From NCBI GenBank assembly GCA_963677485.1, contig OY781964.1, positions 3,904,001 to 3,968,000 of the forward strand: DNA of 64,000 nt. The letters run 5' to 3'. The translations under genes were made by a program, and so were the position numbers. The notes beneath the pieces are model-generated. The model worked only from the letters and a program-made list of their open reading frames with translations. It searched no databases and was not told the origin of the DNA. The stretch comes from Armatimonadota bacterium (GTDB taxonomy: Bacteria > Armatimonadota > HRBIN16). This document shows, in pieces, positions 56,462-64,000 of the stretch. How positions within the stretch are numbered: the stretch's first letter is position 1; each line of letters begins with the position of its first letter.

Positions 56462-58234
56462 CTAATCGCCGTAGCGTTGCTTGATCATAGAGCGTATATA
56501 CGCAGCGTCCTCATGCACTCGGGCCCGTTCCGCCCGATATCTTTTGGGGTAAGCCGAGTCAAACCGCTTCTCCAGTTTCTCCATATCGGCCAATAGTGCC
56601 TCCGCAAGGTACCGGCCATGCCCCTGGGCGATGATCCGGTTCAACTGCTCCTTGATGGGGTTTAGTCCTGTGCTGGGCTTGCCCCATATGATGAACCCAG
56701 GGTAGTGTTCCACTAAATCCTTCAGAAGCTTTTGTTTGACTGGGTTGGGCTCCAGGTTGACGATCGCCTGCCCGATGGATCGCTTGGGATCATACTGCCC
56801 CGGGTTATATGCGTAATCGGCTGCTGTCAGTAGCGGGATGCGGTTTGAGTCATCTTCAATATGCATGGGGTTTGCCACGTATCCGGTCACCACACTGCAC
56901 AGGTCAGCGTCGCGGTTGATCACAGGACCCAGATGCATGGTGGGCTGACCGTCGTTGACCGGGTAGTTGTCCCACAGAAACAGTTTGCGCCCGATAGCCG
57001 CTTGATAACGCTTAGCCGCAGCGGTGGTGATCTGACCCACCACGCTGTCGCCTGTCCAGAAGATGAAGACATCGGGATTTAGCTGCTTCTTGAGGACACC
57101 CAAGTAAGCCGCATCGGCTTCAGAGCTGCCATCACCCCAGTAGATGGTGGGGCAGAAGATCATGTGAGCTTCTGGGTCGTTTTGGCGCAGCCTGCGATAG
57201 ATTTCGTTGACCACCCTGGACTGCCCCGCGGGGTCGATTCCATTCGTGATGTCATCCAGGCTGATGTTGAACCACTTCACACCCAACGACTGCATCCACT
57301 TGTAGTGCTGCCAGAGGGCATCCACATCCGCATCACTGGAGTATTGAAGCGGCTTGGCACTGCAGAGGTTCGGGTTCATGCTGAAGCAGAACTCGATACC
57401 GGCCTTTTGGCACTGCTTCACAATCTGTTCATAATCTTTTCGCTTTTGGTCGCTCAGCGGTTCATACCATCGGTTCACGGCGGGGTCACCCCATGCGTAG
57501 TGCTCGATGTCGCACATGCTGCCGTAGCAGTTCATGAGGAAGTTCAATTTGTATTTCGCCATGAATGGGATGATCTTCACATATTGATCGGCCTTCCATA
57601 GCCATCCCTTCAGCCCTCTATAAGCGAAGCCTGGTTGCTCGCCTGCGCTCAGTGCGACGGGGATAGGCTGACGTTCGGCGGGCAGCGTGATGAAAAAGTC
57701 ACGGCTGAGGTCGTCACGAAATTCAAAGCCTTCAGGCGCGATGGCACATCGGGCCACCATGAACCAGGGCACATTGCCGATGGGGCCCTCTGGCGCGGTG
57801 TTCTCTATGGTCAGAGTGTTAACGCCTGTTTTGAGGCAGTCCGGCGGGATGGCAAAGCTGCGCACTTCAAACACATTGTCGCGGAATCGGCTGGGCTGAT
57901 CGTAGATGACTGTTGTGTTGATGGTCAACTTAATAGGGCATTTTGTGCCCGCATCATCGTCACAGCCTTTAATATACAGCTTCATGGGCTGCTCTGGCAG
58001 CTTACCGAGGGTGAACTCCACGGACATCCGGCTGGTCGGGCCTGTTGGCTGCGCGTAGACGTAGTTTACGTTGATCTCATCATCATGCGTTGTGCTGAAG
58101 AGATGGGAGGCACCGCCTTTGAGGTCTGTGCCCATCCATTGGACCAACGGTGAAACTGGCGTGGCGCGGGCAACCGACGCGCAGAAAACGCACAATGCCA
58201 TGACCAAAGTGATGCATCCGGTGCAGTAACTCAT
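56462..58234 (-). CDS. Secreted GH84-like beta-N-acetylglucosaminidase with N-terminal beta-sandwich
   Basis: FAYRGLKG, catalytic SLDDI, FCPTIY, FWTGDSV, LWDNYPVND, NPM, ADYAYNP. Signal peptide ..SVARA. Confidence 0.85.
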   Translation of the reverse strand: MSYCTGCITLVMALCVFCASVARATPVSPLVQWMGTDLKGGASHLFSTTHDDEINVNYVYAQPTGPTSRMSVEFTLGKLPEQPMKLYIKGCDDDAGTKCPIKLTINTTVIYDQPSRFRDNVFEVRSFAIPPDCLKTGVNTLTIENTAPEGPIGNVPWFMVARCAIAPEGFEFRDDLSRDFFITLPAERQPIPVALSAGEQPGFAYRGLKGWLWKADQYVKIIPFMAKYKLNFLMNCYGSMCDIEHYAWGDPAVNRWYEPLSDQKRKDYEQIVKQCQKAGIEFCFSMNPNLCSAKPLQYSSDADVDALWQHYKWMQSLGVKWFNISLDDITNGIDPAGQSRVVNEIYRRLRQNDPEAHMIFCPTIYWGDGSSEADAAYLGVLKKQLNPDVFIFWTGDSVVGQITTAAAKRYQAAIGRKLFLWDNYPVNDGQPTMHLGPVINRDADLCSVVTGYVANPMHIEDDSNRIPLLTAADYAYNPGQYDPKRSIGQAIVNLEPNPVKQKLLKDLVEHYPGFIIWGKPSTGLNPIKEQLNRIIAQGHGRYLAEALLADMEKLEKRFDSAYPKRYRAERARVHEDAAYIRSMIKQRYGD

Positions 58235-58365
58235 CGTGACCTCCATGTGGTCTCATCAGTTCGCCGATGAAGCCGTCTCCATAATATACACCACAGGGGT
58301 TTGGTTACCCTTCAAGCTGCGGGTTATAATGAGTGCGGTAATGCTTATGCTGATGGAGTGGATAT

Positions 58366-59757
58366 ATGTTCAATAGAGGGTTCAAGGTTAGCCGTGTCCT
58401 ACAGATGGAGCCAGGGCAGATTGTGGTCGTGAATGGTTGGGTTCGGACGCGGCGTGATAGTGCGAATGTGAGTTTCGCTGAGTTGAACGACGGGTCAGGG
58501 ATGGCCGGTCTGCAGTTGGTCATGCCTAAGGGTGTTGTCAGCGACGAGCTGCTGGCAAAAATCACCACTGGGGCCTGTATTCAAGTGGAAGGTGAATTAG
58601 TAGCCTCACCCGCCAAGGGACAGTCTGTTGAGGTGCTGGTGAGCCGTATCGAGCTACTGGGAGCCGCTGACCCCGGTAGCTACCCGCTAGCCAAGAAGCG
58701 GCACAGCTACGAGTATTTGCGCGAAATCGCGCACCTGCGTCCTCGCACGAACAGCTTTGGAGCCATGTTCCGAGTGCGGAATGCGCTGAGCGTGGCCGTG
58801 CATGATTTTTTCCAGCAGCGTGGGTTTATGTATGTGCATACCCCGGTTGTGACCGCCAGCGACTGTGAAGGGGCTGGCGCGATGTTTGGTGTGACCACGT
58901 TGGACTTGATGAACCTGCCCAGGAATGAATCGGGTGGGGTAGATCACACCCAGGATTTCTTTGGGAAGCCGGCATTCCTCAGCGTTTCGGGGCAATTGGA
59001 GGCTGAGATATTCGCCATGGCCTATGGCGATGTGTATACCTTTGGACCTACCTTCCGTGCAGAGAACAGCAACACCCCGCGGCACCTGGCGGAGTTTTGG
59101 ATGATAGAGCCTGAGATGGCGTTTTGCGACCTGGAAGGTGATGCAGAGGTTGCAGAAGCCTTCCTGAAGCACTGCATAGCGCATGTCATGAAAACATGCC
59201 AGCCTGAGCTGGAGTTCTTCAACAAATTCGTAGATGACAGCGTGATCAGCACCCTGCAGAACGTGGCCGATAAGCCTTTTGAACGGTTAAGTTATACGGC
59301 TGCCATCGAGATACTCGAAAAGAGCGGTCGGAGCTTTGAATACCCCCCGCACTGGGGCATGGATATTCAAACTGAACACGAACGCTATCTGGCGGAAGAG
59401 GTGGTCAAAGGACCGCTGATCGTGACCGACTACCCTAAGGCGATCAAGGCGTTTTACATGCGTGAGAATGAGGACGGCAAGACCGTGAGGGCCATGGATG
59501 TGCTGGCCCCTCGGATAGGCGAGATCATCGGCGGCAGCCAGCGTGAGGAGCGCCACGATGTGCTGCTGCAGCGCATCCGAGAGCAGGGGCTCAACGAGCA
59601 GGCCTATTGGTGGTATCTGGAGCTTCGTCTTTTTGGCAGCGCACCGCATAGCGGATTTGGGTTGGGTTTTGAGCGGATGATGATGTTCCTGACCGGCATG
59701 AAGAACATCCGTGACGTCATCCCGTTCCCTCGTACCCCAGGCAACGCTGAGTTCTAA
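58366..59757 (+). CDS. asnS: Asparagine--tRNA ligase
   Basis: GWVRTRR OB fold, [56 protein letters not shown]. Confidence 0.97.
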   Translation: MFNRGFKVSRVLQMEPGQIVVVNGWVRTRRDSANVSFAELNDGSGMAGLQLVMPKGVVSDELLAKITTGACIQVEGELVASPAKGQSVEVLVSRIELLGAADPGSYPLAKKRHSYEYLREIAHLRPRTNSFGAMFRVRNALSVAVHDFFQQRGFMYVHTPVVTASDCEGAGAMFGVTTLDLMNLPRNESGGVDHTQDFFGKPAFLSVSGQLEAEIFAMAYGDVYTFGPTFRAENSNTPRHLAEFWMIEPEMAFCDLEGDAEVAEAFLKHCIAHVMKTCQPELEFFNKFVDDSVISTLQNVADKPFERLSYTAAIEILEKSGRSFEYPPHWGMDIQTEHERYLAEEVVKGPLIVTDYPKAIKAFYMRENEDGKTVRAMDVLAPRIGEIIGGSQREERHDVLLQRIREQGLNEQAYWWYLELRLFGSAPHSGFGLGFERMMMFLTGMKNIRDVIPFPRTPGNAEF

Positions 59758-59772
59758 CCATATATGAAATAG

Positions 59773-59804
59773 AGAACCGCTCCGGAACACCGGAGCGGTT
59801 CTTT
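59773..59804. terminator. Terminator between convergent asnS and the downstream gene
   Basis: AGAACCGCTCCGG aaca CCGGAGCGGTTCTTT. Confidence 0.8.
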
Positions 59805-59833
59805 ATGTTGCAGTTATGGAACCGCAGGCCACT

Positions 59834-62191
59834 CTACAAATCCATGATCATCTCAGGGATAGACTGCGTGCGGAAATCCTGTACGATGACCGAAGCGTCC
59901 TGGCTATAGACCGGGTCAATCGGCAACTTGGGTAGATTTTTCAACGCCTTGACTTTCAATTGATGGATGACTTCGGGTTCACCTGCCACCGGTTGTTGGT
60001 TGGACATCAACTGACCGTTGTTAGCCGCTTTCTGTGAGTTGTAGATGCCGATCTTGTCGCCAGTGGGGTTCGATAGCTCCATGTAGTACTTTCCGGCAGG
60101 TTGAGTGCTGTATAACCAAATATGGTCGTTGTCGTTCATGTTTTGCACTGTCGTCGACTTGATCAATTTTCCACCGATATTGTCATACAGAGAAGCCGTC
60201 ATCCCTGAGTTCTGCGATCCCCAGGTCGTGCAGTAGATGCCGATTTTATCAAACTGCTTAACAGCCTCGAAAGTCTGACCTATCGTCTGTCCCTTATCTA
60301 GACGGGTTGTCAGAGCGATGTCCTTGCCTCCAGTTGAGTTGATATTGATACCGCCCATATCTTGAACATCGATGTGGATGCTTCTGATCGGTATTTGCTG
60401 ACCGATATTGTTTTGAACTCTTGCCGTATCGATCGCCTGTTTTGCTTCGGATACCGCCAGTGTCAGTCGCAGTCTGGCGATCAGCATATCCACATAGTGC
60501 TGCACTGGCACCGGGAATCTGAAGTTCGGCTTCCACTCTTTTGCGACCTTTACCTTTTCGGCTTTGGCCAAGACCTTGTGCAGTTTTGCGTTGTAAGCGG
60601 CCGTACCAAACCCGGTCGGATGAGGAATAGGGGAGTTCACGCCGTTCTCACATGCGAAGTATAGCGCCGTCATCGCCTCTGCGTTTATGGGGCCAAAGGC
60701 GGCTGTGCAGAATTCGTGCATGAGCTGACTCAAGGGCCGCGTGGGGTCGATCAGCTTCTGGGCCGCAACGTAGTGGTTCACGACCTGAGGCAGGCCATGG
60801 AAACACATCTCTACGGTCTGGGAGTTGACTGTGTGCCTGGCTTCTTCGGGGTAGCTGCCGATCATCTCATCTACGGAAGTCATGTTGATGGTCAGGTTGT
60901 CATTCATTTCCTGGTCGCCGATATACCAGCCTTTGATGTCGGCCGGTCTGCCGGAGGCGTTGATCGCCCGCACTTGATCGCGGTTGTATAGCCGATGGAT
61001 CGCGATGCCTACATCTCCGGGCATATAGGTGGCATCAAGGAATTTCGCACCATCTGGTATCACACGACCAAACTGGTTGGAATGATTCTGACTAGGGTCG
61101 ATGTTGCTCATATCGACAGGATTTGGTGATGAGAACCAGAATGGTATGTTCGCCCACAGACTGAGTGTTCCCGTGATACGGGGATTGATCTTTTGGAATG
61201 CCTTCATATACTCGTTGGTAATCACTTGGGGTGTCTTGTAGAGATCACATCCGTTACTCGTGCATCCGCCAGGATCACAAAATCGGCAGGTGATATTGTC
61301 AACATACGGGGCATATGTTTTGGCAAACTCATCGATGAACTTCACCATCATCACGTGCTGCTGAGGGTCGTTCCAGCAGTTCGTCACTTCTTCTCTATAC
61401 ATAACATCACCCCACTGGCTGAGTGATACAAACAGATGCCAGTCATGAGCTCCTTGAGAGACGGTCTTCACCGCCCTGCGTGCACGGGTGAATAGGGAGC
61501 CCTGGATGGCACCATATCCGCGGCACTCGTCGACCTGTATCCCGTTGAAGCCAAGCTGCCACATCATTTCGGGATAAGCACGGATGGCCTTTGGCGTCCA
61601 GGTTTCGTAGTTGGCATACTCAAAGGGCGATCCCGCCGGAGCCTGACGCCGGGCTGCTTGCCCCACATTCATCAATCGCAGTTTGATCAACGGGTCGACC
61701 GTGATCTTACCTTGAGCGATCGACAGATACTCGCCGTGGTTCGCGCTGGTGGCGATCAGTCTGGCCACAGCCGCACGCAGACCCGAAATGGTCTTGCCCA
61801 CCATCGTTAAAACTGGGCCGTTCGTTGTCCGAACCGCAGCCAGCATAAAGGCTTCTGGCTTACAGGCTTTATCAAAGACTGGAGGCTGGGAGTTTGGCTT
61901 TAGAGCATTTAATGTTGCTGCCGTAGCCAAAATCCACTGTGGACCGTCGTAGTGGCTGTCATATGTGTTGCCCAGTTTGGGTTGAACAGACAGTTTCCGC
62001 TCCTGGAGGAATTTAATGAGGTATTTGCCCATCTGCTGTTCATCAGCAGACTGGGAGCAGACGATACGGACGGCCTTTCCGACTGTGGCGATTTTCAGCT
62101 CGGAAGCTATTCCTGTCAGTGATTTGCAAAAAGCAGTGGTTGAACCTTGGCTCATCGTGAGGCATAACACCAGTAGCGCGAGGTACTTCAT
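59834..62191 (-). CDS. Secreted hypothetical protein, probable unclassified glycoside hydrolase
   Basis: Signal peptide MKYLALLVLCL. GH20b/GH67N-like N-domain (PEAFML..LTMVGKTISGLRAAVARL, DPLIKLR), then TIM-barrel-like segment (LGFNGIQ, DPGGC) and C-terminal beta-sandwich. Confidence 0.55.
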   Translation of the reverse strand: MKYLALLVLCLTMSQGSTTAFCKSLTGIASELKIATVGKAVRIVCSQSADEQQMGKYLIKFLQERKLSVQPKLGNTYDSHYDGPQWILATAATLNALKPNSQPPVFDKACKPEAFMLAAVRTTNGPVLTMVGKTISGLRAAVARLIATSANHGEYLSIAQGKITVDPLIKLRLMNVGQAARRQAPAGSPFEYANYETWTPKAIRAYPEMMWQLGFNGIQVDECRGYGAIQGSLFTRARRAVKTVSQGAHDWHLFVSLSQWGDVMYREEVTNCWNDPQQHVMMVKFIDEFAKTYAPYVDNITCRFCDPGGCTSNGCDLYKTPQVITNEYMKAFQKINPRITGTLSLWANIPFWFSSPNPVDMSNIDPSQNHSNQFGRVIPDGAKFLDATYMPGDVGIAIHRLYNRDQVRAINASGRPADIKGWYIGDQEMNDNLTINMTSVDEMIGSYPEEARHTVNSQTVEMCFHGLPQVVNHYVAAQKLIDPTRPLSQLMHEFCTAAFGPINAEAMTALYFACENGVNSPIPHPTGFGTAAYNAKLHKVLAKAEKVKVAKEWKPNFRFPVPVQHYVDMLIARLRLTLAVSEAKQAIDTARVQNNIGQQIPIRSIHIDVQDMGGININSTGGKDIALTTRLDKGQTIGQTFEAVKQFDKIGIYCTTWGSQNSGMTASLYDNIGGKLIKSTTVQNMNDNDHIWLYSTQPAGKYYMELSNPTGDKIGIYNSQKAANNGQLMSNQQPVAGEPEVIHQLKVKALKNLPKLPIDPVYSQDASVIVQDFRTQSIPEMIMDL

Positions 62192-62346
62192 GGGATACTC
62201 CAATGTATGATTGAATATGGTTATCAGCAGGATATTATGTTGATAACATCTCATATTACACATCATGGAGCCTTATATCGCGGAAATATGATTACGCATT
62301 TCAGAGGATGTTTACAGTAATCGGTGATTAGGTTCATTGGGCAAAC

Positions 62347-62379
62347 AAAAAGGGCTGAAGGATAAATCCCCTCAGCCCC
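62347..62379 (-). terminator. Rho-independent terminator of the sigma70 gene
   Basis: Minus strand GGGCTGAGGGGAT tt ATCCTTCAGCCC TTTTT. Confidence 0.75.
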
Positions 62380-62404
62380 TGATCTGTTGTTGTCGCATGT
62401 TGGT

Positions 62405-63319
62405 CTATATCAGCAGATAGTTTTTCAATCCCTTGCGTTTGGCAGCGTCCTTCAGTTTGCGCATAGCCTGCGCTTCAATCTGGCGGACACGCTCTCTGCT
62501 GATTTTCAATGCTTCACCAATTTCTTGAAGCACTTGCTCGTCTTGGTCACCGTAGCCGAGTCGTCGGATGATGACCTGGCGTTCGCGGTCTGTGAGTTCG
62601 TTGTAAAGCAGATCGTCGAGCACTTCGTGCCGCTCGATTTCCAGAACCATGTCCTCAGGGTCACGCACGTTTTGGTCGTGAATGAGGGAACCAAGGCTGG
62701 TGTCTTCTTCTTCACCGACCAGCATGTCCAATGACAGAGGCTCCTGACCAGCTTGCTGTAGCTGCATCACTTTTTTGACAGGCACCTCTAGTGCCTTTGC
62801 CAGTTGTTCTATATTTGGCTCATCGCCGTATTCACGGCGTAGTTTTTCGCGTTCACGCTCCATGCGTCGCAGAAGCTCTGCAACATGGGCGGGTACACGG
62901 ACTGTTTTAGCTTTGTTGTCAATAGCTCGTCCGATGGCCTGGCGAATCCAGTGCGTGGCATAGGTGCTAAATCGGAAGCCCTTATCAGGGTCGTAACGCT
63001 CAACAGCGTTCATTAAGCCGATAGCACCTTCCTGAACCAGGTCTTCAAAAGGCACTAGTGTGTTGCGGTAGTGCTTGGCAATATTCATTACCAGACGCAT
63101 GTTGGCCTCAACCAGCTTCTGCTTGGCATGCTCCGCTCGGATAGGATCTTCCGGGTTGCGTGCGGCATGGGCCAGGTCTTGCTCTTCCCTGGGGGTGAGC
63201 AGGCCTGTTCTAGTTAGTCGGTTAAGGAGTGAGGGTGCCTCACTGGCTCCACTTCTACGCGGGCCGGTACTGAGGCTAGCTCCTGAAACTACTTTTTTGG
63301 GGCTATTCGGGACAGTCAT
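62405..63319 (-). CDS. Sigma70-family factor, RpoD/RpoS-like without region 1.1 (group 2-like)
   Basis: LLTPREEQDLA, LVEANMRLVMNIAKHY, DLVQEGAIGLMNAVERYDPDKGFRFSTYATHWIRQAI, ISRERVRQIEAQAMRKL. Confidence 0.92.
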   Translation of the reverse strand: MTVPNSPKKVVSGASLSTGPRRSGASEAPSLLNRLTRTGLLTPREEQDLAHAARNPEDPIRAEHAKQKLVEANMRLVMNIAKHYRNTLVPFEDLVQEGAIGLMNAVERYDPDKGFRFSTYATHWIRQAIGRAIDNKAKTVRVPAHVAELLRRMEREREKLRREYGDEPNIEQLAKALEVPVKKVMQLQQAGQEPLSLDMLVGEEEDTSLGSLIHDQNVRDPEDMVLEIERHEVLDDLLYNELTDRERQVIIRRLGYGDQDEQVLQEIGEALKISRERVRQIEAQAMRKLKDAAKRKGLKNYLLI

Positions 63320-63456
63320 CTATGTGTATCACCCACTCGTCGAGTTTCGGGTATTGAAACCGAGTTGTGTCTGCGGTTCCTTTCTAAGAATACCTCCTTG
63401 GACCAGGAAATAGTTCCCTGTGAGCAAGGAGGTACCGGATTTTTACGGAAACAGTG

Positions 63457-63999
63457 TTAATGGCTTACGCGCCGAGCACCTAAAAAACGGTCCTTGTAAT
63501 ATCCTGAGTTCAGTGATGTTGCCTTCACCGTACTACCCGGATGTGACGCATGGACGAATTTCCCATTGCCTACGTATATTCCAACGTGGCTGGGACCTTT
63601 GCTATAGGTGCTGAAGAATACGAGATCACCTGGTTTCAAATCAGCCTTGCTCACAGGAATACCTTTACCGAACTGGGCTCGTGAGCTGTGCGGCAATGTC
63701 CGGCCTACTGAGTTCCTAACCACGTAGCTGGTAAACCCGCTGCAGTCAAATCCGCTTCGGCTGCTGCCGCCCCAGGCGTATTTCACACCTTTGAAGCGGT
63801 TGGCGGTGTTGACCATCTTCGCTTGTGTGCTGCTACCAGCCTTCTTCGAAGCGACTTTTATGTGAGAAGAACTCTTCTTGGCCACAGCGTGCGTTTTGGC
63901 CCTCGCCTTTGCAGCGATGGCTTTTCGGTGCTTCGCCTTAAGTGCAATTTCCTTATTATGCTTGGCCATCAGGGCATGCTTATGTGCCTTTGCTGCGGC
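63457..63999 (-). CDS. NlpC/P60 (C40) peptidoglycan peptidase, 5' truncated by window edge
   Basis: YAWGG..GFDCSGFT, PGDLVFF, SHVGIYVGNGKFVHAS. Lys/Ala/His-rich N-terminal frame stays open to the edge. Confidence 0.93.
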   Translation of the reverse strand, partial: AAAKAHKHALMAKHNKEIALKAKHRKAIAAKARAKTHAVAKKSSSHIKVASKKAGSSTQAKMVNTANRFKGVKYAWGGSSRSGFDCSGFTSYVVRNSVGRTLPHSSRAQFGKGIPVSKADLKPGDLVFFSTYSKGPSHVGIYVGNGKFVHASHPGSTVKATSLNSGYYKDRFLGARRVSH

Positions 64000-64000
64000 C

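Overview
Gene-dense bacterial chromosomal window using standard code 11 (ATGA start/stop overlaps confirm TGA is a stop). The pilin leader style (FTMVELLTVIAIIAILAAILFPVF..A.EKARQASC..N..QI), the many orphan glycoside hydrolases and the gene content suggest Armatimonadota; this is inference. Bases 1-20.8 kb form one co-directional type IV filament cluster. It has pilC, pilD and four class III signal-peptide pilins, three of them giant (619, 667 and 940 aa, in PilV/PilW/PilX order). Two very large Sec-exported beta-propeller proteins (1278 and 2384 aa) follow in the PilY1 position. The 2384-aa protein appears to carry golvesin/Xly-CBD-like sandwich domains inserted inside one another, Russian-doll style, between propeller blades. 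Next comes gltB-gltD, preceded by a structured leader with mutually exclusive terminator and antiterminator hairpins. After that are an Fe-ADH, two tandem pairs of glycoside hydrolase paralogs (one copy with an in-frame TGA at a conserved Trp), an ECF sigma/anti-sigma/htrA module, a stand-alone nuoB-nuoI pair, citrate synthase, dnaJ, rpoZ with a long acidic tail, a MacAB-type exporter, a LOG protein, GH84, asnS, a group-2-like sigma70 and an NlpC/P60 peptidase. A ~250-bp element with nested inverted repeats occurs twice, just downstream of gltD and of citrate synthase. No tRNA, rRNA, CRISPR array or transposase was recognised. All domain calls come from reading motifs by eye; no searches were run.
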